DNA from: Actinomycetota bacterium
GTDB taxonomy: Bacteria; Actinomycetota; Actinomycetes; Actinomycetales; Microbacteriaceae
Reading direction: 5' to 3'
Assembly: GCA_947449765.1 (NCBI GenBank)
Contig: CANFSP010000009.1
Span: 1,266 to 65,265, forward strand
Length of the DNA: 64,000 bases
The notes under the pieces are model-generated. The model was not told where the DNA came from. It saw nothing but the letters and a program-made list of their open reading frames with translations, and ran no database searches. Positions 11,310 through 22,966 of the stretch are shown piece by piece; within the stretch, counting starts at the first letter, position 1; every line of letters begins with the position of its first letter. The translations under genes were made by a program, and so were the position numbers.

Positions 11310-12874
11310 GCCGATACAGACGCGTCAAGAGGTTCCAGCGCATTTGCGATGGCGATTGCGCGCAATGGAGCCGCCGACTTGTTGACGGTCTCTTGGAATT
11401 CGGTCTCAGGGTCTGAATCAGCAACCAGACCCGCACCGGCTTGCACGTATGCACGCTCACCGACCAATATCGCGGTCCGAATGGCAATCGCGAGGTCAGC
11501 GTCACCGGAGAACGCAAAGTAACCCACCACGCCACCGTATATTCCCCTGGCGACTGGTTCGAGATCGTCGATAATTTCTAAGGCACGGGGCTTGGGCGCA
11601 CCGGAGAGGGTGCCGGCTGGGAACGTTGCCCGAAACACATCCACCGCGTCATTTCCCGACGCAAGTTCGCCCTCGACGCTCGAGACGATGTGCATAATGT
11701 GGCTGAAGCGTTCGACCTTCATGAACTCAGCCACCTCGACCGACCCCGGTTCGCAGACCCGCAATAGGTCGTTGCGAGCAAGGTCAACCAACATCAAATG
11801 TTCCGCGCGCTCCTTAGCATCGAGCAAGAGCTCGTCGGCGAGGGCGGCGTCTTTTTCGGGTGTTTCTCCGCGGGGTCGTGATCCGGCAATGGGTTTAGTG
11901 AAAACGCGACCGGATTGAACTTTGACCAGAGCCTCGGGAGAGGAACCGACTACATGAAAGACTGTTCCGTCGTGGTTTTCGTGACAGAGCAAGTACATAT
12001 AGGGGCTTGGGTTGAGTGATCTCAAAACGCGATACACATCCGTTGCCGATGCCGTATTGGGTATGTCAAAACGCTGCGAGATGACTACTTGAAAAACATC
12101 CCCGGCGACAATGTGCTCCTTACTCGTGGTCACGGAGCGAAGGAAATCCTGCTTGTCGGTGCGATAGTGAGCCTCGCGTGAGACACCCAAATCAATGTGA
12201 GCCAGACCGGTCACCCCTGGCTTGACGAGGGATTGGGTCAGTGCATCCAGTCTCGATTGGGCGTTGTCCCATAACACGTCAGTGGCACTGGCGTCACCAC
12301 CTCCGGCAGAGTCCCTCGGGACGAGCACATTTGTCACAAGGAGGACGGTTCCCCACTTGTGATCGAGAACAATGAGATCGCGAACGAAGCTGAGCGCGAC
12401 ATCGGGCGTATCGACATCTACCTCAGGTTGGTCCGGGAGTGACTCGAGCTGGCGAACCACCTCCCAGCCGAGATAACCCACCAGGCCCGAGGCAAGTGCG
12501 GGTAACCCCGTCACCGGTTTAGCCGTCCAACGCGAGTAGAGGACGCGAAGTGCGTCGAGAGTTTTTTCTGGCGTCTCCCCACCGAAGGCCTCAGCGGCAG
12601 AGAGTCCAAAGTCTCGCCAGACCGCGCGCTCGCTCTCAGTCGTGAGCACCCCATAACTCTCAATCCCGACGAAGCTGAAACGCGACCATATACCGCCCTG
12701 CTCAGCTGATTCGAGCAAAAAACTTCCGGGTTGAGAGTCTGCGAGTTTGCGATAAATCGACACGGGCGTTTCACCGTCAGCGAAGACCTGACGGATCACC
12801 GGTATGACGCGCCACGCTCCGGCGACTGAGTCAGCAAATTGCGCGTACGTCGTTGTCGTCGCGGAGGTGCTCAT
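11306..12874 (-). CDS. trpE: anthranilate synthase component I
   Basis: 522 aa chorismate-binding enzyme with motifs LSGAPKPRA and [17 protein letters not shown]. Confidence 0.95.
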   Translation of the reverse strand: MSTSATTTTYAQFADSVAGAWRVIPVIRQVFADGETPVSIYRKLADSQPGSFLLESAEQGGIWSRFSFVGIESYGVLTTESERAVWRDFGLSAAEAFGGETPEKTLDALRVLYSRWTAKPVTGLPALASGLVGYLGWEVVRQLESLPDQPEVDVDTPDVALSFVRDLIVLDHKWGTVLLVTNVLVPRDSAGGGDASATDVLWDNAQSRLDALTQSLVKPGVTGLAHIDLGVSREAHYRTDKQDFLRSVTTSKEHIVAGDVFQVVISQRFDIPNTASATDVYRVLRSLNPSPYMYLLCHENHDGTVFHVVGSSPEALVKVQSGRVFTKPIAGSRPRGETPEKDAALADELLLDAKERAEHLMLVDLARNDLLRVCEPGSVEVAEFMKVERFSHIMHIVSSVEGELASGNDAVDVFRATFPAGTLSGAPKPRALEIIDDLEPVARGIYGGVVGYFAFSGDADLAIAIRTAILVGERAYVQAGAGLVADSDPETEFQETVNKSAAPLRAIAIANALEPLDASVSA

Positions 12875-13239
12875 GCGAGATTCTCCTTGCTCAGGGAGGT
12901 GATAGCAGTCATTTTTTTGCTGTCAAAGCAGGTGGGTGTTCCGTTGTGACAAGCGGGGCCAATCTGCTCGACCGAAATGAGCAGGGTGTCGCTATCACAA
13001 TCGACACGGATATCTCGGACCAATTGAACATGACCACTTGTGTCGCCTTTCCGCCACAGTTCCTGTCGCGAGCGAGACCAGAAGACGACACGACCCGTGG
13101 CACAGGTGATACTGAGAGATTCAGCATTCATGTATCCCAGCATGAGAACAGTTCGCGAACTGTCATCTTGGATGATGGCAGGCACGAGTCCTGCTTCATT
13201 GAAAGCAATCTCAGACACGTCAATGGGAATCATCATCAC
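12871..13239 (-). CDS. hisI: phosphoribosyl-AMP cyclohydrolase
   Basis: 122 aa with [18 protein letters not shown] and a C-terminal Cys cluster. It overlaps both hisF and trpE by 4 nt. Confidence 0.93.
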   Translation of the reverse strand: MMMIPIDVSEIAFNEAGLVPAIIQDDSSRTVLMLGYMNAESLSITCATGRVVFWSRSRQELWRKGDTSGHVQLVRDIRVDCDSDTLLISVEQIGPACHNGTPTCFDSKKMTAITSLSKENLA

Positions 13240-13997
13240 CTCACAGCGTAGCCGTGAGCGGCGAGTTCACTTTTAACCTCGGCAATTGCCACCTCACGCG
13301 AGTGAAAGATTGAGGCGGCTAGTAACGCATCAGCACCCGCCTCGACGGCAGGAGCAAAATGTTCTACGCTGCCGGCTCCACCAGACGCAATAACTGGGAC
13401 ACTGCTGAGATCTCTGATTTCACGAATGAGTTGGAGGTCAAAACCCGTCTTCGTCCCATCCGCGTCAATGGAGTTGACCAAAAGTTCACCAATTCCGCGA
13501 TCAATCGCTTCACGCGTCCACTCGAGGGCGTCTCGATCCGTCAGTTGCCGACCACCGTGTGTGGTGACAGCAAAACCCGAGGGCGTATGGTCAGCGCGCT
13601 TGATATCCAGCGAAAGAACGAGAACCTGCGAACCAAACTTGCGTGAAATCTCATCGAGGAGTTCCGGGCGGGCAATCGCTGCGCTATTCACGCTGATTTT
13701 GTCGGCCCCGCTGGCGAGAAGCCGAGACACGTCGTCGACTCGGCGAACTCCCCCACCGACAGTCAGCGGGATAAAGACGACCTCCGCGGTGCGCGCCACA
13801 ACGTCATACATGGTCGAGCGATCCTCGACCGTCGCTGAGACATCCAAAAAGGTGATCTCATCGGCGCCATCGGCGAAGTACGACATGGCAAGCTCCACGG
13901 GGTCACCCATCACCCGAAGATTTTTAAAATTGACTCCCTTGACGACCTCGCCGTTTGCGACATCCAGGCAGGGAATCACACGAATAGCCACTGACAT
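13236..13997 (-). CDS. hisF: imidazole glycerol phosphate synthase cyclase subunit
   Basis: The ORF track extends to 14174, which would overlap hisG. The ATG at 13997 gives [13 protein letters not shown]..., the canonical HisF N-terminus, 3 nt after the hisG stop. ASGGAG motif present. Confidence 0.92.
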   Translation of the reverse strand: MSVAIRVIPCLDVANGEVVKGVNFKNLRVMGDPVELAMSYFADGADEITFLDVSATVEDRSTMYDVVARTAEVVFIPLTVGGGVRRVDDVSRLLASGADKISVNSAAIARPELLDEISRKFGSQVLVLSLDIKRADHTPSGFAVTTHGGRQLTDRDALEWTREAIDRGIGELLVNSIDADGTKTGFDLQLIREIRDLSSVPVIASGGAGSVEHFAPAVEAGADALLAASIFHSREVAIAEVKSELAAHGYAVR

Positions 13998-13999
13998 GA

Positions 14000-14842
14000 T
14001 TAGAGTCGCGCGGCGTGGATCGAGCTCACCAGAATCGCACGTGCGCCGAGGTCGTGCAACGCATCCATCACATGATTGGTGTCCCGCCTGGGGACCATGA
14101 CTCGGACGGCTACCCATTCGGGATCGTGCAGCGGGGAAACAGTGGGCGATTCGATACCGGGAGCTATCACGCACGCCTCGTCGAGCAGGCTTCGCGGAAC
14201 GTCGTAGTCCATGAGAACGTACTCTCGTGCGACCATGACACCGGTCAACCGCCTGACAAGCGTGGATGCGCGCGCCGAGTTCTCTTCTCGTGCAATGAGT
14301 ACCGCCGTCGACTCGAGAAGAACCGGGCCGAAAATCTCGAGACCGGCCTGTCGCAACGTTCCCCCAGTCGACACGACATCCGCTACCGCATCAGCCACTC
14401 CAAGTCGAACGGCGGACTCGACCGCGCCATCGAGCCGGACAACGCTCTGAGGAGTCACACCGTTGCGGGCGAGAAAATCGCTGACCAGGTTCGGATAGCT
14501 AGTCGCCACGCGTTTGCCGGCGAGGTCAGCCAGTGCACCTAATTGCCCGACCGGACCCGCGAAGCGAAACGTCGAGTCGCCAAATCCCAGAGCCGAGATC
14601 TCACGAGCCGGTGAGTGCGAATCGAGAAGTAAATCGCGTCCGGTAATTCCGACGTCCAGCGCACCCGAGCCCACATACGTGGCGATGTCGCGGGGTCGCA
14701 AGTAGAAAAATTCGACCTCATTTCGGACATCAACAAAGTGCAGGTCGCGTGGGTCGCGACGCGAGCCGTACCCTGCCTCGATGAGCATGGCTGACGCGGT
14801 TTCGGCAAGTGATCCCTTGTTGGGAACAGCAACGCGGAGCAT
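14000..14842 (-). CDS. hisG: ATP phosphoribosyltransferase (long form)
   Basis: 280 aa with [12 protein letters not shown] at the N-terminus and a C-terminal regulatory domain. Confidence 0.93.
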   Translation of the reverse strand: MLRVAVPNKGSLAETASAMLIEAGYGSRRDPRDLHFVDVRNEVEFFYLRPRDIATYVGSGALDVGITGRDLLLDSHSPAREISALGFGDSTFRFAGPVGQLGALADLAGKRVATSYPNLVSDFLARNGVTPQSVVRLDGAVESAVRLGVADAVADVVSTGGTLRQAGLEIFGPVLLESTAVLIAREENSARASTLVRRLTGVMVAREYVLMDYDVPRSLLDEACVIAPGIESPTVSPLHDPEWVAVRVMVPRRDTNHVMDALHDLGARAILVSSIHAARL

Positions 14843-14933
14843 GGGCGCACATCCTTTTAATTCTGAGTGATGAGGAAAAACTCACCGAGTAGGAACTGAC
14901 AGTTATGGAATCAACAACGTGACGATTCAGACG

Positions 14934-15197
14934 TCACAGATGTCGATTGACGTCCTCAAGCGAAATGCCTTTGGCAAGCATCAACACCTGAAGATGGTAA
15001 ATCAATTGGGAGATTTCTTCGGCGGTGCGATCATCGGACTCGAACTCGGCGGCCATCCAGACCTCGGCCGCTTCTTCAACGATTTTTTTACCGATGACAT
15101 GAACCCCTGCGTCGAATTCGGCCACCGTCCGAGAACCCTCGGGGCGAGCGTCAATGCGCTCGCGCAGCTCCGCGAACAACGAGTCGAAGGATTTCAC
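14934..15197 (-). CDS. hisE: phosphoribosyl-ATP pyrophosphatase
   Basis: 87 aa MazG-like helical protein with [11 protein letters not shown]...[12 protein letters not shown], located upstream of hisG. Confidence 0.9.
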   Translation of the reverse strand: MKSFDSLFAELRERIDARPEGSRTVAEFDAGVHVIGKKIVEEAAEVWMAAEFESDDRTAEEISQLIYHLQVLMLAKGISLEDVNRHL

Positions 15198-15206
15198 GCA
15201 TTAAGG

Positions 15207-15884
15207 CTATCGCGACTCATGAGGGTGAGTGTGCTCGGTGGCGAGTTGGCGAAGATCGGCTATAGCCTGGTGCACACTCTCGGCACCGAACACGGCAGAT
15301 CCTGCGACAAAAGTATCCGCTCCGTGCTCGGCAGCGATGCCTATCGTGTCAGCACTGATACCCCCATCAACCTGCAGCCATACCGTGAGTCCGCGCTGAG
15401 CTTTTTCCTGCGCCAAGAGCCGCAGTTTGGGCATCGTGTCATGCATAAATTTTTGACCGCCAAAGCCCGGTTCCACCGTCATAACGAGTACCTGATCAAA
15501 CTCCGACACGATCGAGAGATACTGATCAACTGGCGTCTGCGGCTTAAGTGCCAATCCAGCCTTGGCACCTTGAGCGCGAAGTGCGCGCGCCAACGCAACC
15601 GGGTCATTGGTTACTTCGGCGTGAAATGTGACAGACGCACAACCCAGTTCGGCATAGTACGGAGCCCACTTGTCCACATCGGTGATCATGAGGTGGACAT
15701 CCAACGGAACCGGCGATGTCGCTTGGATGCGCTCAACCATTTGGAGACCAAAAGTCAGGTTCGGAACAAAGTGGTTGTCCATGACGTCGACGTGCACAAA
15801 ATCGGCTGACCCCAGAAGACCCAAATCCCGTTCCATGTTCACGAAATCTGCAGAGAGGATGCTGGGATTGATTCGAACAGTCAT
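15207..15884 (-). CDS. rpe: ribulose-phosphate 3-epimerase
   Basis: 225 aa with motifs HVDVMDNHFVPNLTFG and VMTVEPGFGGQKF. Confidence 0.95.
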   Translation of the reverse strand: MTVRINPSILSADFVNMERDLGLLGSADFVHVDVMDNHFVPNLTFGLQMVERIQATSPVPLDVHLMITDVDKWAPYYAELGCASVTFHAEVTNDPVALARALRAQGAKAGLALKPQTPVDQYLSIVSEFDQVLVMTVEPGFGGQKFMHDTMPKLRLLAQEKAQRGLTVWLQVDGGISADTIGIAAEHGADTFVAGSAVFGAESVHQAIADLRQLATEHTHPHESR

Positions 15885-15893
15885 ACAGCGAGC

Positions 15894-17378
15894 CTAATTG
15901 TCCATGGTGGTCGGGTCACGCTTGGCGAGCAGGCTGATAAACATGGCATCGGTTCCATGCAGATCGGGCCAGAGTTGAACGGAGAGGTTGTTGGCGTTCG
16001 AAGAAATGGGCGTTCTAGATACCGTGTTGAGAACCGACGCCACATCACGTTCGACACAATCGGGATGTTCACCCAGTGCCTTGTTCACGATGGATCGAGT
16101 TTCGGCCACATGGGGTGAACAGGTCACGTAGGCCACGAGTCCGCCTGGCTTCAACGCCACGAGGGCCGCATCAAGTAAGTCATGCTGGATTCCGGTCAAG
16201 GATGAGATATCCACCGGTGTTTTTCGCCACCGTGCTTCAGGTCGACGTCTCAGCGCACCGAGTCCCGAACACGGCGCATCCACCAGGATGCGGTCAAACG
16301 TCCCCGGCTTCGCTGCAAAATCTCGTCCATCGCATTCCGTCACGACTACGCGCGACCACGGCTTGAGAGCCGACCGAACGAGTGGTAGCCGCGAGGGGTT
16401 AACTTCATTCACCGTCAGTTCTGCATGGCTGGTCTCAGAAAATGCGGCAAGCACTGCTGCCTTACCGCCAGGCGCGGCACACATGTCGAGCCACCGCTCG
16501 TGGGGATCCACAGGACGCGCTGCCACGAGGACTAAAGCTGCCAGCTGAGATCCTTCATCTTGAACGCGCACGAACCCTGAGGACCCAGAGGTGACGCGTG
16601 AGGGATTGCCACCATCGACAAGAGCGAAAGCAAGTGGCGAGTAGTTCGCGGCGACGCATTCGGATGGAAGCTTCTGCAAAGCACCCGAGGCAATCGACTC
16701 GGGATGAAGATCGATCAAGCCCAGTGGACCCGGTGCATTATCCGCTTCCAGAACAGACTCAAGTGCGCCTACCCTGCCGTCTGCAGCTAGTGACTTTTCG
16801 AGGGCCCGCACGATCCATGCCGGATGCGATGTCGTCATCGCAAGAGCATCGATGCGCGATGGCGCGCCCTCGGCGATCTCACCAAGCCACTCATCCCGAC
16901 TCTTCTCACTGACCCGACGAAGCAACGCATTGGTAAACCCTGCGGCATTGCTCACGCCGTGCGACCTCACGAGTTCAACGGTCTCATTTACCGCCGCATG
17001 CGTATCTGTTCTCATGCCGAGAAGCTGGTGAACACCGAGTCGAAGAATGTTGCGAACTGTCGGATTCAATTCCTCAATTGGGCGATTACTGACCCGACTC
17101 AAAATCTCGTCGTAGAGACCGCGCCAGCGCAAAGTTCCGTGACAGAGCTCAGTGGCGAGACCCGCGTCGCGCGAGTCCAAACCCGCAGCTGCGATTCGAG
17201 CTGGAAGCACCAGATTCGCATAAGCGTCATCGCGATCGACGGCATCCAAGACGCCCAACGCGACGCTCCGCGCGGTTTCGACTTTTCTGCGAGCCCCGGT
17301 AGACCGATTCGAGGATCCTCGATCAGGGTTTCGGGAGTGTGAGTTCTTCACTCGGACAACTGCCTTCCGCGCATCCAA
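15894..17378 (-). CDS. rsmB: 16S rRNA (cytosine-C5)-methyltransferase RsmB/Sun
   Basis: 494 aa with a NusB-like N-terminal domain and the SAM motif DMCAAPGGKA. The start is ambiguous: TTG at 17378, or GTG at 17351 forming a GTGA overlap with the fmt stop. Confidence 0.88.
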   Translation of the reverse strand: MDARKAVVRVKNSHSRNPDRGSSNRSTGARRKVETARSVALGVLDAVDRDDAYANLVLPARIAAAGLDSRDAGLATELCHGTLRWRGLYDEILSRVSNRPIEELNPTVRNILRLGVHQLLGMRTDTHAAVNETVELVRSHGVSNAAGFTNALLRRVSEKSRDEWLGEIAEGAPSRIDALAMTTSHPAWIVRALEKSLAADGRVGALESVLEADNAPGPLGLIDLHPESIASGALQKLPSECVAANYSPLAFALVDGGNPSRVTSGSSGFVRVQDEGSQLAALVLVAARPVDPHERWLDMCAAPGGKAAVLAAFSETSHAELTVNEVNPSRLPLVRSALKPWSRVVVTECDGRDFAAKPGTFDRILVDAPCSGLGALRRRPEARWRKTPVDISSLTGIQHDLLDAALVALKPGGLVAYVTCSPHVAETRSIVNKALGEHPDCVERDVASVLNTVSRTPISSNANNLSVQLWPDLHGTDAMFISLLAKRDPTTMDN

Positions 17379-18256
17379 TCGCCCGCGTTCATCGGTTTTT
17401 TGCCAGCGGGATGAACTCGTTCAATATGCAGTGCAGTTGTTGCGGTACCCAGATAGGTTCGACCACCCACAACGGCGAGCTCTCCCGGCTGTAGTTCGAT
17501 CGTCGACGGGTGGGCATCGAGAATCTTGACCCGGATGTCTCGATCGAGAAACCAAAACCCCGGCTCTGATGTGACTGCTCTAAAGCGCGAGAAAGACTGT
17601 TTACCCGTCTCGTCGAACCGGAACCGTCCGTCGTCGAGTGACAACTTCGCGGCATAGGTCGGGGCACCTTCTTGGTTCTGAAAGCGGGCGCTCCCGTCAG
17701 AAATGCGGTCGAGAGCGTCCAGTAGCTGGCGTGCGCCGGTGTGAGCCAACGTAGACAGTAGTTCGGAAGCCGTGGCGGGAGACGGTGGGGTGTGCTTCTC
17801 AATGCTCAGAATCGGGCCAGCATCAAGAGCCGGGACCAAGCGAAACACGGTTGTGTAGAGGTCCTGATCACCGCGCATCACGGCGCGCTGCAAAGGCGCG
17901 GCCCCGCGAAGATCTGGCAGCCGTGAAAAATGAAGGTTGAGCCATCCATGCGCCGGGATCGCCAAAACGTCCTCGGGAATCAGAGCGCCAAACGCGACAA
18001 CAATTCCAATGTCTGGCTGGATGCGTGTCAGCAGCTCCCGCGTATCCCCATCAAAGGTTCTGATTCGTGTCAGCGGCAACGCGAGATCGAGCGCCATCTG
18101 CGATACGGGCGAGGGTGTCATAACACGATTACGCCCGAGCGGTGCATCCGGCATCGAAATGACCTGAACGATTTCGTGTGCGGAGTCCACAAGAGCGCTC
18201 AACGACGGGAGCGCCACGTTCGGGGTGCCTGCAAAAACTACCTTCACGCTCTTCAT
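17348..18256 (-). CDS. fmt: methionyl-tRNA formyltransferase
   Basis: 302 aa with VVFAGTP at the N-terminus and NLHFSRLPDLRGAAP (the formyltransferase N-x-H...RG motif). Confidence 0.94.
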   Translation of the reverse strand: MKSVKVVFAGTPNVALPSLSALVDSAHEIVQVISMPDAPLGRNRVMTPSPVSQMALDLALPLTRIRTFDGDTRELLTRIQPDIGIVVAFGALIPEDVLAIPAHGWLNLHFSRLPDLRGAAPLQRAVMRGDQDLYTTVFRLVPALDAGPILSIEKHTPPSPATASELLSTLAHTGARQLLDALDRISDGSARFQNQEGAPTYAAKLSLDDGRFRFDETGKQSFSRFRAVTSEPGFWFLDRDIRVKILDAHPSTIELQPGELAVVGGRTYLGTATTALHIERVHPAGKKPMNAGDWMRGRQLSE

Positions 18257-18262
18257 TCTGAA

Positions 18263-20266
18263 CTATGACTCAAGGTGCGCGAGCGCCGTGTCATCCATGC
18301 GAACCGTAACTCGTGTGGTTCGACTGGGGGCCTGATCTGCAGATTCCGACCGCATCTGAGCAGATGCGCGCTTCCTGGACTGCTGGGCACTGGTCACAAT
18401 GAGCGCCCGCAGGCTTTTCGCAATCTCAGCACCATTGCGGTAATCGAATAAGACAATAAATCGTTGTTTCGAATCCCGCGTTGAGGTGGGTCCTAGGATA
18501 GCCCTACTTGGCAGGTCAGCGAGGACCTGGCGCACCTGTGGTTCGAGCTCCGTTGGCCCTTCCACAACGGCACTTCGCACGGCCGGGGGCAGACCAAGAA
18601 CTTCTCGATCGAGGAGACTCTGAGCGACGAACCCGTCAACGTCACGTGTCGCCATGACACGACCTAACAGTGGTCCCGTACCAACCGCAACAATCCGGCC
18701 ATCGTCAGCCGCAAAAGAAGCCGCGGTCAACCAGGCTGAGAGGGCGTGAACATCGGTGTCGAGGTCGTCTCGAGAGCGGGTGACTTCACCATCAAGAATG
18801 ATCACGGCACGATAACCATTGCGAGCAAGGGGCTCAGTTCCGGGCGTCGCAATGACGATGACGCGATCATCAGGAAGTTCACTCATCTGCTGCGATGCCT
18901 CGGTCACCACGATTCGCGCACCCACGAAGGCTCGTCCGAGCTCCTCGGCAATCTTGCTCTGCCCGCTCATCCCGGCAATAAGGCTTACCCCGCCACAGGA
19001 ACGACACTCAAACGTCGGGTGCATGCGTCCACACCACCCACACATTGGCACGGAGCCTCGCGCGCCGAGTCGGAGTGGACCAGAACATTCACTGCAACGA
19101 GCTCTTTCCCGACACTGGGCGCACCGGGTTGTGCTCGCAAATCCAGGCTTGGCCACGTGCACAAGCACCGCACCATCGGGGAGCGCCTCACGAATTGCGG
19201 AAAATACCTGCGATGGAATCCGTTGGCTCAGATCCGAAGAACCCCGTTCAAGGTCAGTTGCCTGAATTTTGGGGCGAGTCGATGATGATTTCGAAAGGTC
19301 CAGATAATTCATGCGAACAAGTCGCATGACGGCCGCACTCGGTACAAATGAACTCAACACGAGGTCGCAGCCTGTGAGATTCTGCCGAATCAATGCCACG
19401 TCGCGAGCGTGCGCATACGGAGCGTGCGGTTCGACCAAAGAATCGTCGCCCTCGCCCCAGAGATACAGCAAACCGAGACGAGGAACGGGCGCGTAAACGG
19501 CTGATCGCTTCCCAACAACGATGAGGGGCTCGCCCGAAAGGATGCGGAGGTACGCAAGCCACCGCTGCGCAGAGGGCACATCGCCATCGACGCGAACGGT
19601 GACTGACTCGAGGTTCGCGTGGGCCAGTGCGTGCTCCACATGGCTCACGTCCCGGAAGTCGGGGACAACGCAGACGACACTCTGGCCTCGGGCGATGTAA
19701 TCCTTAGCGCGTTCAACAAATGACCAGCTCCAGCGCGGGGCAGACCACGCCCCACGCTGCTCAGTGCCGCCAGCATCGAGAATGAAGAGTCGCTGAGTGG
19801 CCTGAGAACCGGCTGCTGCTGGAGTCGGCGATACCGCAATTGGTCGCTTTTCGACGTCCGACTCGGAATCGGCTCGGGCCAGATAGTCAGGGTTCTGCTC
19901 AAGGAACGACTTTTCAACGCGCACGTACCGCGTGGGCACACACAGCCGCAAGACATCTGAAACACTCCCGGCTTGCCGATCGGCAACGGCCCGAGCGAGC
20001 TCATACAGGTGCCCGGGAACGACCGGAACGGGAGAAACAATACTCTCTATTTCAGAAAGTGTTCCTGGGAACTCGGTGGCGTCGGCGAGCTCAATGACAA
20101 ACGCATCGCTGCGGCGATTTCCGCTTCGCAACGGAACGATGACTCGTTGACCAACGCGTATCTCTGTGGCGAGGTTCTCGGGCACCGCATAATCGAACGG
20201 ATGATCAAGTTGCGGAAGAGACGAATCTAAGACGACGCGGGCGAAACGAGCGTTCGGTATCGTCAT
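18263..20266 (-). CDS. priA: primosomal protein N' (PriA), with degenerate ATPase motifs
   Basis: 667 aa. N-terminal 3'-DNA-binding-like region (FDYAVPE), Cys-rich Zn region [15 protein letters not shown]...CGWCGR...CRSCGG, C-terminal domain. No GxxxxGK[ST] Walker A is visible, and WGEGDDS stands where DEEHD is expected. Confidence 0.85.
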   Translation of the reverse strand: MTIPNARFARVVLDSSLPQLDHPFDYAVPENLATEIRVGQRVIVPLRSGNRRSDAFVIELADATEFPGTLSEIESIVSPVPVVPGHLYELARAVADRQAGSVSDVLRLCVPTRYVRVEKSFLEQNPDYLARADSESDVEKRPIAVSPTPAAAGSQATQRLFILDAGGTEQRGAWSAPRWSWSFVERAKDYIARGQSVVCVVPDFRDVSHVEHALAHANLESVTVRVDGDVPSAQRWLAYLRILSGEPLIVVGKRSAVYAPVPRLGLLYLWGEGDDSLVEPHAPYAHARDVALIRQNLTGCDLVLSSFVPSAAVMRLVRMNYLDLSKSSSTRPKIQATDLERGSSDLSQRIPSQVFSAIREALPDGAVLVHVAKPGFASTTRCAQCRERARCSECSGPLRLGARGSVPMCGWCGRMHPTFECRSCGGVSLIAGMSGQSKIAEELGRAFVGARIVVTEASQQMSELPDDRVIVIATPGTEPLARNGYRAVIILDGEVTRSRDDLDTDVHALSAWLTAASFAADDGRIVAVGTGPLLGRVMATRDVDGFVAQSLLDREVLGLPPAVRSAVVEGPTELEPQVRQVLADLPSRAILGPTSTRDSKQRFIVLFDYRNGAEIAKSLRALIVTSAQQSRKRASAQMRSESADQAPSRTTRVTVRMDDTALAHLES

Positions 20267-21429
20267 TGGCGTTCTACTGCGCGCCTCAGATCCTCAGACC
20301 GGTCGGTTCGCTCCCACGTGAAGTCGGGAAGTTCACGGCCAAAGTGACCATAGCTGGCAGTCTGCGAGAAGATAGGGCGCTTGAGATTCAAGTGCTCAAT
20401 GATTGCGGCTGGACGCAAATCGAAGACCTCGCGAATCGCCCGAGTGATCTGCTCATCACTCACCGCCCCAGTGCCGAAGGTTTCGACGTACACACCCACC
20501 GGTTCAGCCACACCGATGGCATAGGCAACCTGCACCTCGATACGGGATGCGAGACCCGCGGCGACGGCATTCTTTGCTACCCAGCGCATCGCATACGCGG
20601 CAGACCGATCAACTTTTGACGGATCCTTGCCGCTAAAGGCTCCCCCGCCATGGCGCGACGCTCCGCCATAGGTGTCGACGATTATTTTTCGCCCGGTCAG
20701 TCCGGCATCCGCTCCCGGTCCGCCCAGAACAAAAGGACCCATCGGATTAACCATGATTCGGGTGTCGCTCTTGTCTAGTGCGAAAGTCTCGAGGATTGGG
20801 TCAATCACCACCTCGCGAACGGCGTGACGAACCTCCTCGAGGCTGACCCGATCCACGTCATCGTGCTGCGTCGAGATAAGAACAGTGTTTATTGTTTTCG
20901 GCGAGTGCCCGTCGTAACCAATAGTTACTTGTGTCTTTCCATCAGGACGCAGAAAGTCAAGAACCCCGTCGTGTCGCGCCGCAGCCAAAGCCTGAGCAAG
21001 CCGATGACTCGCGTAAATCGGTAACGGCATGAGTACAGGAGTTTCATCGGTCGCGTAGCCAAACATGATGCCCTGATCGCCAGCACCTTGCTCGTCGTGT
21101 GAAAAGACGAGGTCTGCGATTTCTGGAGACTGACTACCAATCGAAACGGAAACCCCGCAACTATTGCCGTCGAAGCCAACCTGGGAGCTGGTGTACCCAA
21201 TTCGTGAAATCGTGTCTCGAATAATGTCGGGAATCTCAACGTAAGCCTCGGTGGTCACCTCACCCGCCACGTGAACGAGCCCCTTCGTGACCATGGTCTC
21301 CACGGCCACCCGAGCCTGAGCGTCTTGCTCCAGAATGGCATCAAGAATGCTGTCCGAGATTTGGTCGCACACCTTATCGGGATGCCCCTCAGTTACCGAC
21401 TCGCTAGTGAATAGTCGAAGAGAGCTCAC
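20263..21429 (-). CDS. metK: S-adenosylmethionine synthetase
   Basis: 388 aa with motifs [12 protein letters not shown] and [12 protein letters not shown]. Confidence 0.97.
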   Translation of the reverse strand: MSSLRLFTSESVTEGHPDKVCDQISDSILDAILEQDAQARVAVETMVTKGLVHVAGEVTTEAYVEIPDIIRDTISRIGYTSSQVGFDGNSCGVSVSIGSQSPEIADLVFSHDEQGAGDQGIMFGYATDETPVLMPLPIYASHRLAQALAAARHDGVLDFLRPDGKTQVTIGYDGHSPKTINTVLISTQHDDVDRVSLEEVRHAVREVVIDPILETFALDKSDTRIMVNPMGPFVLGGPGADAGLTGRKIIVDTYGGASRHGGGAFSGKDPSKVDRSAAYAMRWVAKNAVAAGLASRIEVQVAYAIGVAEPVGVYVETFGTGAVSDEQITRAIREVFDLRPAAIIEHLNLKRPIFSQTASYGHFGRELPDFTWERTDRSEDLRRAVERQ

Positions 21430-21461
21430 GAATGACAGTCCTAACGTGCGAGTACGAGCGC

Positions 21462-22688
21462 CTAACCACGTTCCGAGTAGAGAGGCAGCGAATGGATACC
21501 ATCCAGAATACGGCGAGCCACGGACTGCTTATTGCCATCAACCGTGTCAACGACTTCTCCCTGGGCATTGAGAAGTAGCACTGAGGTTTCTCGCTCCCCG
21601 AACCCAACCTCGTCCCCGACCTGATTGACGACGAGGAGGTCACAGGGTTTGGCTCGCAGTTTTTCGCGCGCAAGGTCACGAAGCGCATCCTGAGTCTCGG
21701 CTGTTTCGGCAGCAAAGCCGACCACACTCATCCGCAGGCCAGTCTCTTTTCGCAGCCTCAACACGTCTTCGAGGATGTCCGGATTCCGGACCAGACGAAT
21801 GGTCAGCGCATCACCCGCATCGCTCTTTTTAATCTTGCCTGGCGAAACAACCTCAGGTCTGAAATCGGCAACGGCGGCGGCCATGATGAGGACATCCGTA
21901 GTGCCCAATGCTGACATCACCGCCGAATGCATTTCACGAGCGGTCGATACGCGAGTAAACGACTGCACAGCTGGGACCTGCGCCTCCATGTGAGCGCCAA
22001 CCACATGGACCTCAGCACCACGATCCAGAGCTACCCGCGCGAGGGCAGAAGCCATGTGGCCGCTGGATCGGTTTCCCAAGAATCGCACTGGATCGAGTGG
22101 CTCGTGTGTTCCACCACCGGTAATCAGAATGCGAATTCCGGACAAGTCACGTTTCGGCGCGCAGGCGAGATACGTAGCGGCGATGATGTCGTCGGGCTCG
22201 CTCATGCGCCCGGGTCCGACATCCTGACCCGTCAGTGCGCCCGAGTCTGGTCCGACAACAATCACACCGCGCTCACGCAAAAGGGAAACGTTGTGTTGGG
22301 TGGCCGCGTTTTCCCACATTTCGGTGTGCATCGCCGGAGCGATGACGAGGGGACCTCGCCTGGCCAAAACCGTATTCCCCAAAAGATCCGGGGCAAGTCC
22401 GCCGGCAATCTGCGCGATTGAGTTGGCGGTGGCCGGCGCAATGACGACGACATCTGCTTCCTGGCCAAGGGCGACGTGTTTAACCTCGGCCACCTCGTCG
22501 TAGAGGTCAACATGAACAGGATTTCGACTCAACGCCTCAAGTGTCGGCCGGCCGACAAAACGCAGCGCGGCTTCCGTCGCGATGACATTGACGCGGTGAC
22601 CATCACGGACAAATCCCCTGACGACTGACACGGCCTTATACGCCGCGATGCCACCGGTAATTCCGACGACAATTTTCAGAGGCGCCAC
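21462..22688 (-). CDS. coaBC: bifunctional phosphopantothenoylcysteine decarboxylase / synthetase
   Basis: 408 aa with an N-terminal flavoprotein motif [10 protein letters not shown] and a C-terminal CoaB domain (SSGHMA). Confidence 0.93.
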   Translation of the reverse strand: MAPLKIVVGITGGIAAYKAVSVVRGFVRDGHRVNVIATEAALRFVGRPTLEALSRNPVHVDLYDEVAEVKHVALGQEADVVVIAPATANSIAQIAGGLAPDLLGNTVLARRGPLVIAPAMHTEMWENAATQHNVSLLRERGVIVVGPDSGALTGQDVGPGRMSEPDDIIAATYLACAPKRDLSGIRILITGGGTHEPLDPVRFLGNRSSGHMASALARVALDRGAEVHVVGAHMEAQVPAVQSFTRVSTAREMHSAVMSALGTTDVLIMAAAVADFRPEVVSPGKIKKSDAGDALTIRLVRNPDILEDVLRLRKETGLRMSVVGFAAETAETQDALRDLAREKLRAKPCDLLVVNQVGDEVGFGERETSVLLLNAQGEVVDTVDGNKQSVARRILDGIHSLPLYSERG

Positions 22689-22705
22689 GCTGAGACCGAG
22701 AGGTA

Positions 22706-22966
22706 CTACAGGGACTCGATGGGTCGAATTACCAGCTTGTTTGCATCGATTTCGTGAAGAGCAATCGACAGTGGTTTGTCCTCAATGCGGGAGTCGACCA
22801 ACGGACCCACGTTGTCAAACATCGATCCCTGTAACAGGTCGGAGTAGTAGTCATTAATCTGACGCGCACGCTTTGCGGCAAAAATCACGAGAGCGTACTT
22901 GGAGTCGGCTTTGGCCAGAAGATCATCAATCGGCGGATCAATAATTCCCAGTGAATGAATGCTCAT
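22706..22966 (-). CDS. rpoZ: DNA-directed RNA polymerase subunit omega
   Basis: 86 aa containing [20 protein letters not shown]-type 4-nt overlap with the preceding gene. Confidence 0.92.
   Translation of the reverse strand: MSIHSLGIIDPPIDDLLAKADSKYALVIFAAKRARQINDYYSDLLQGSMFDNVGPLVDSRIEDKPLSIALHEIDANKLVIRPIESL

Noticed and set aside
13998-14174. N-terminal extensions in the six-frame track for hisF (to 14174), pyrC (to 31345), gmk (to 24297), pdxS (to 57857), pdxT (to 56875), yajC (to 53162), ruvX (to 39515) and aroE (to 37879).
   Set aside because: The extensions overlap the upstream gene, are compositionally odd (Arg/Pro/Ser-rich) and precede a canonical family N-terminus. That N-terminus begins at an internal start codon positioned at or next to the upstream stop.
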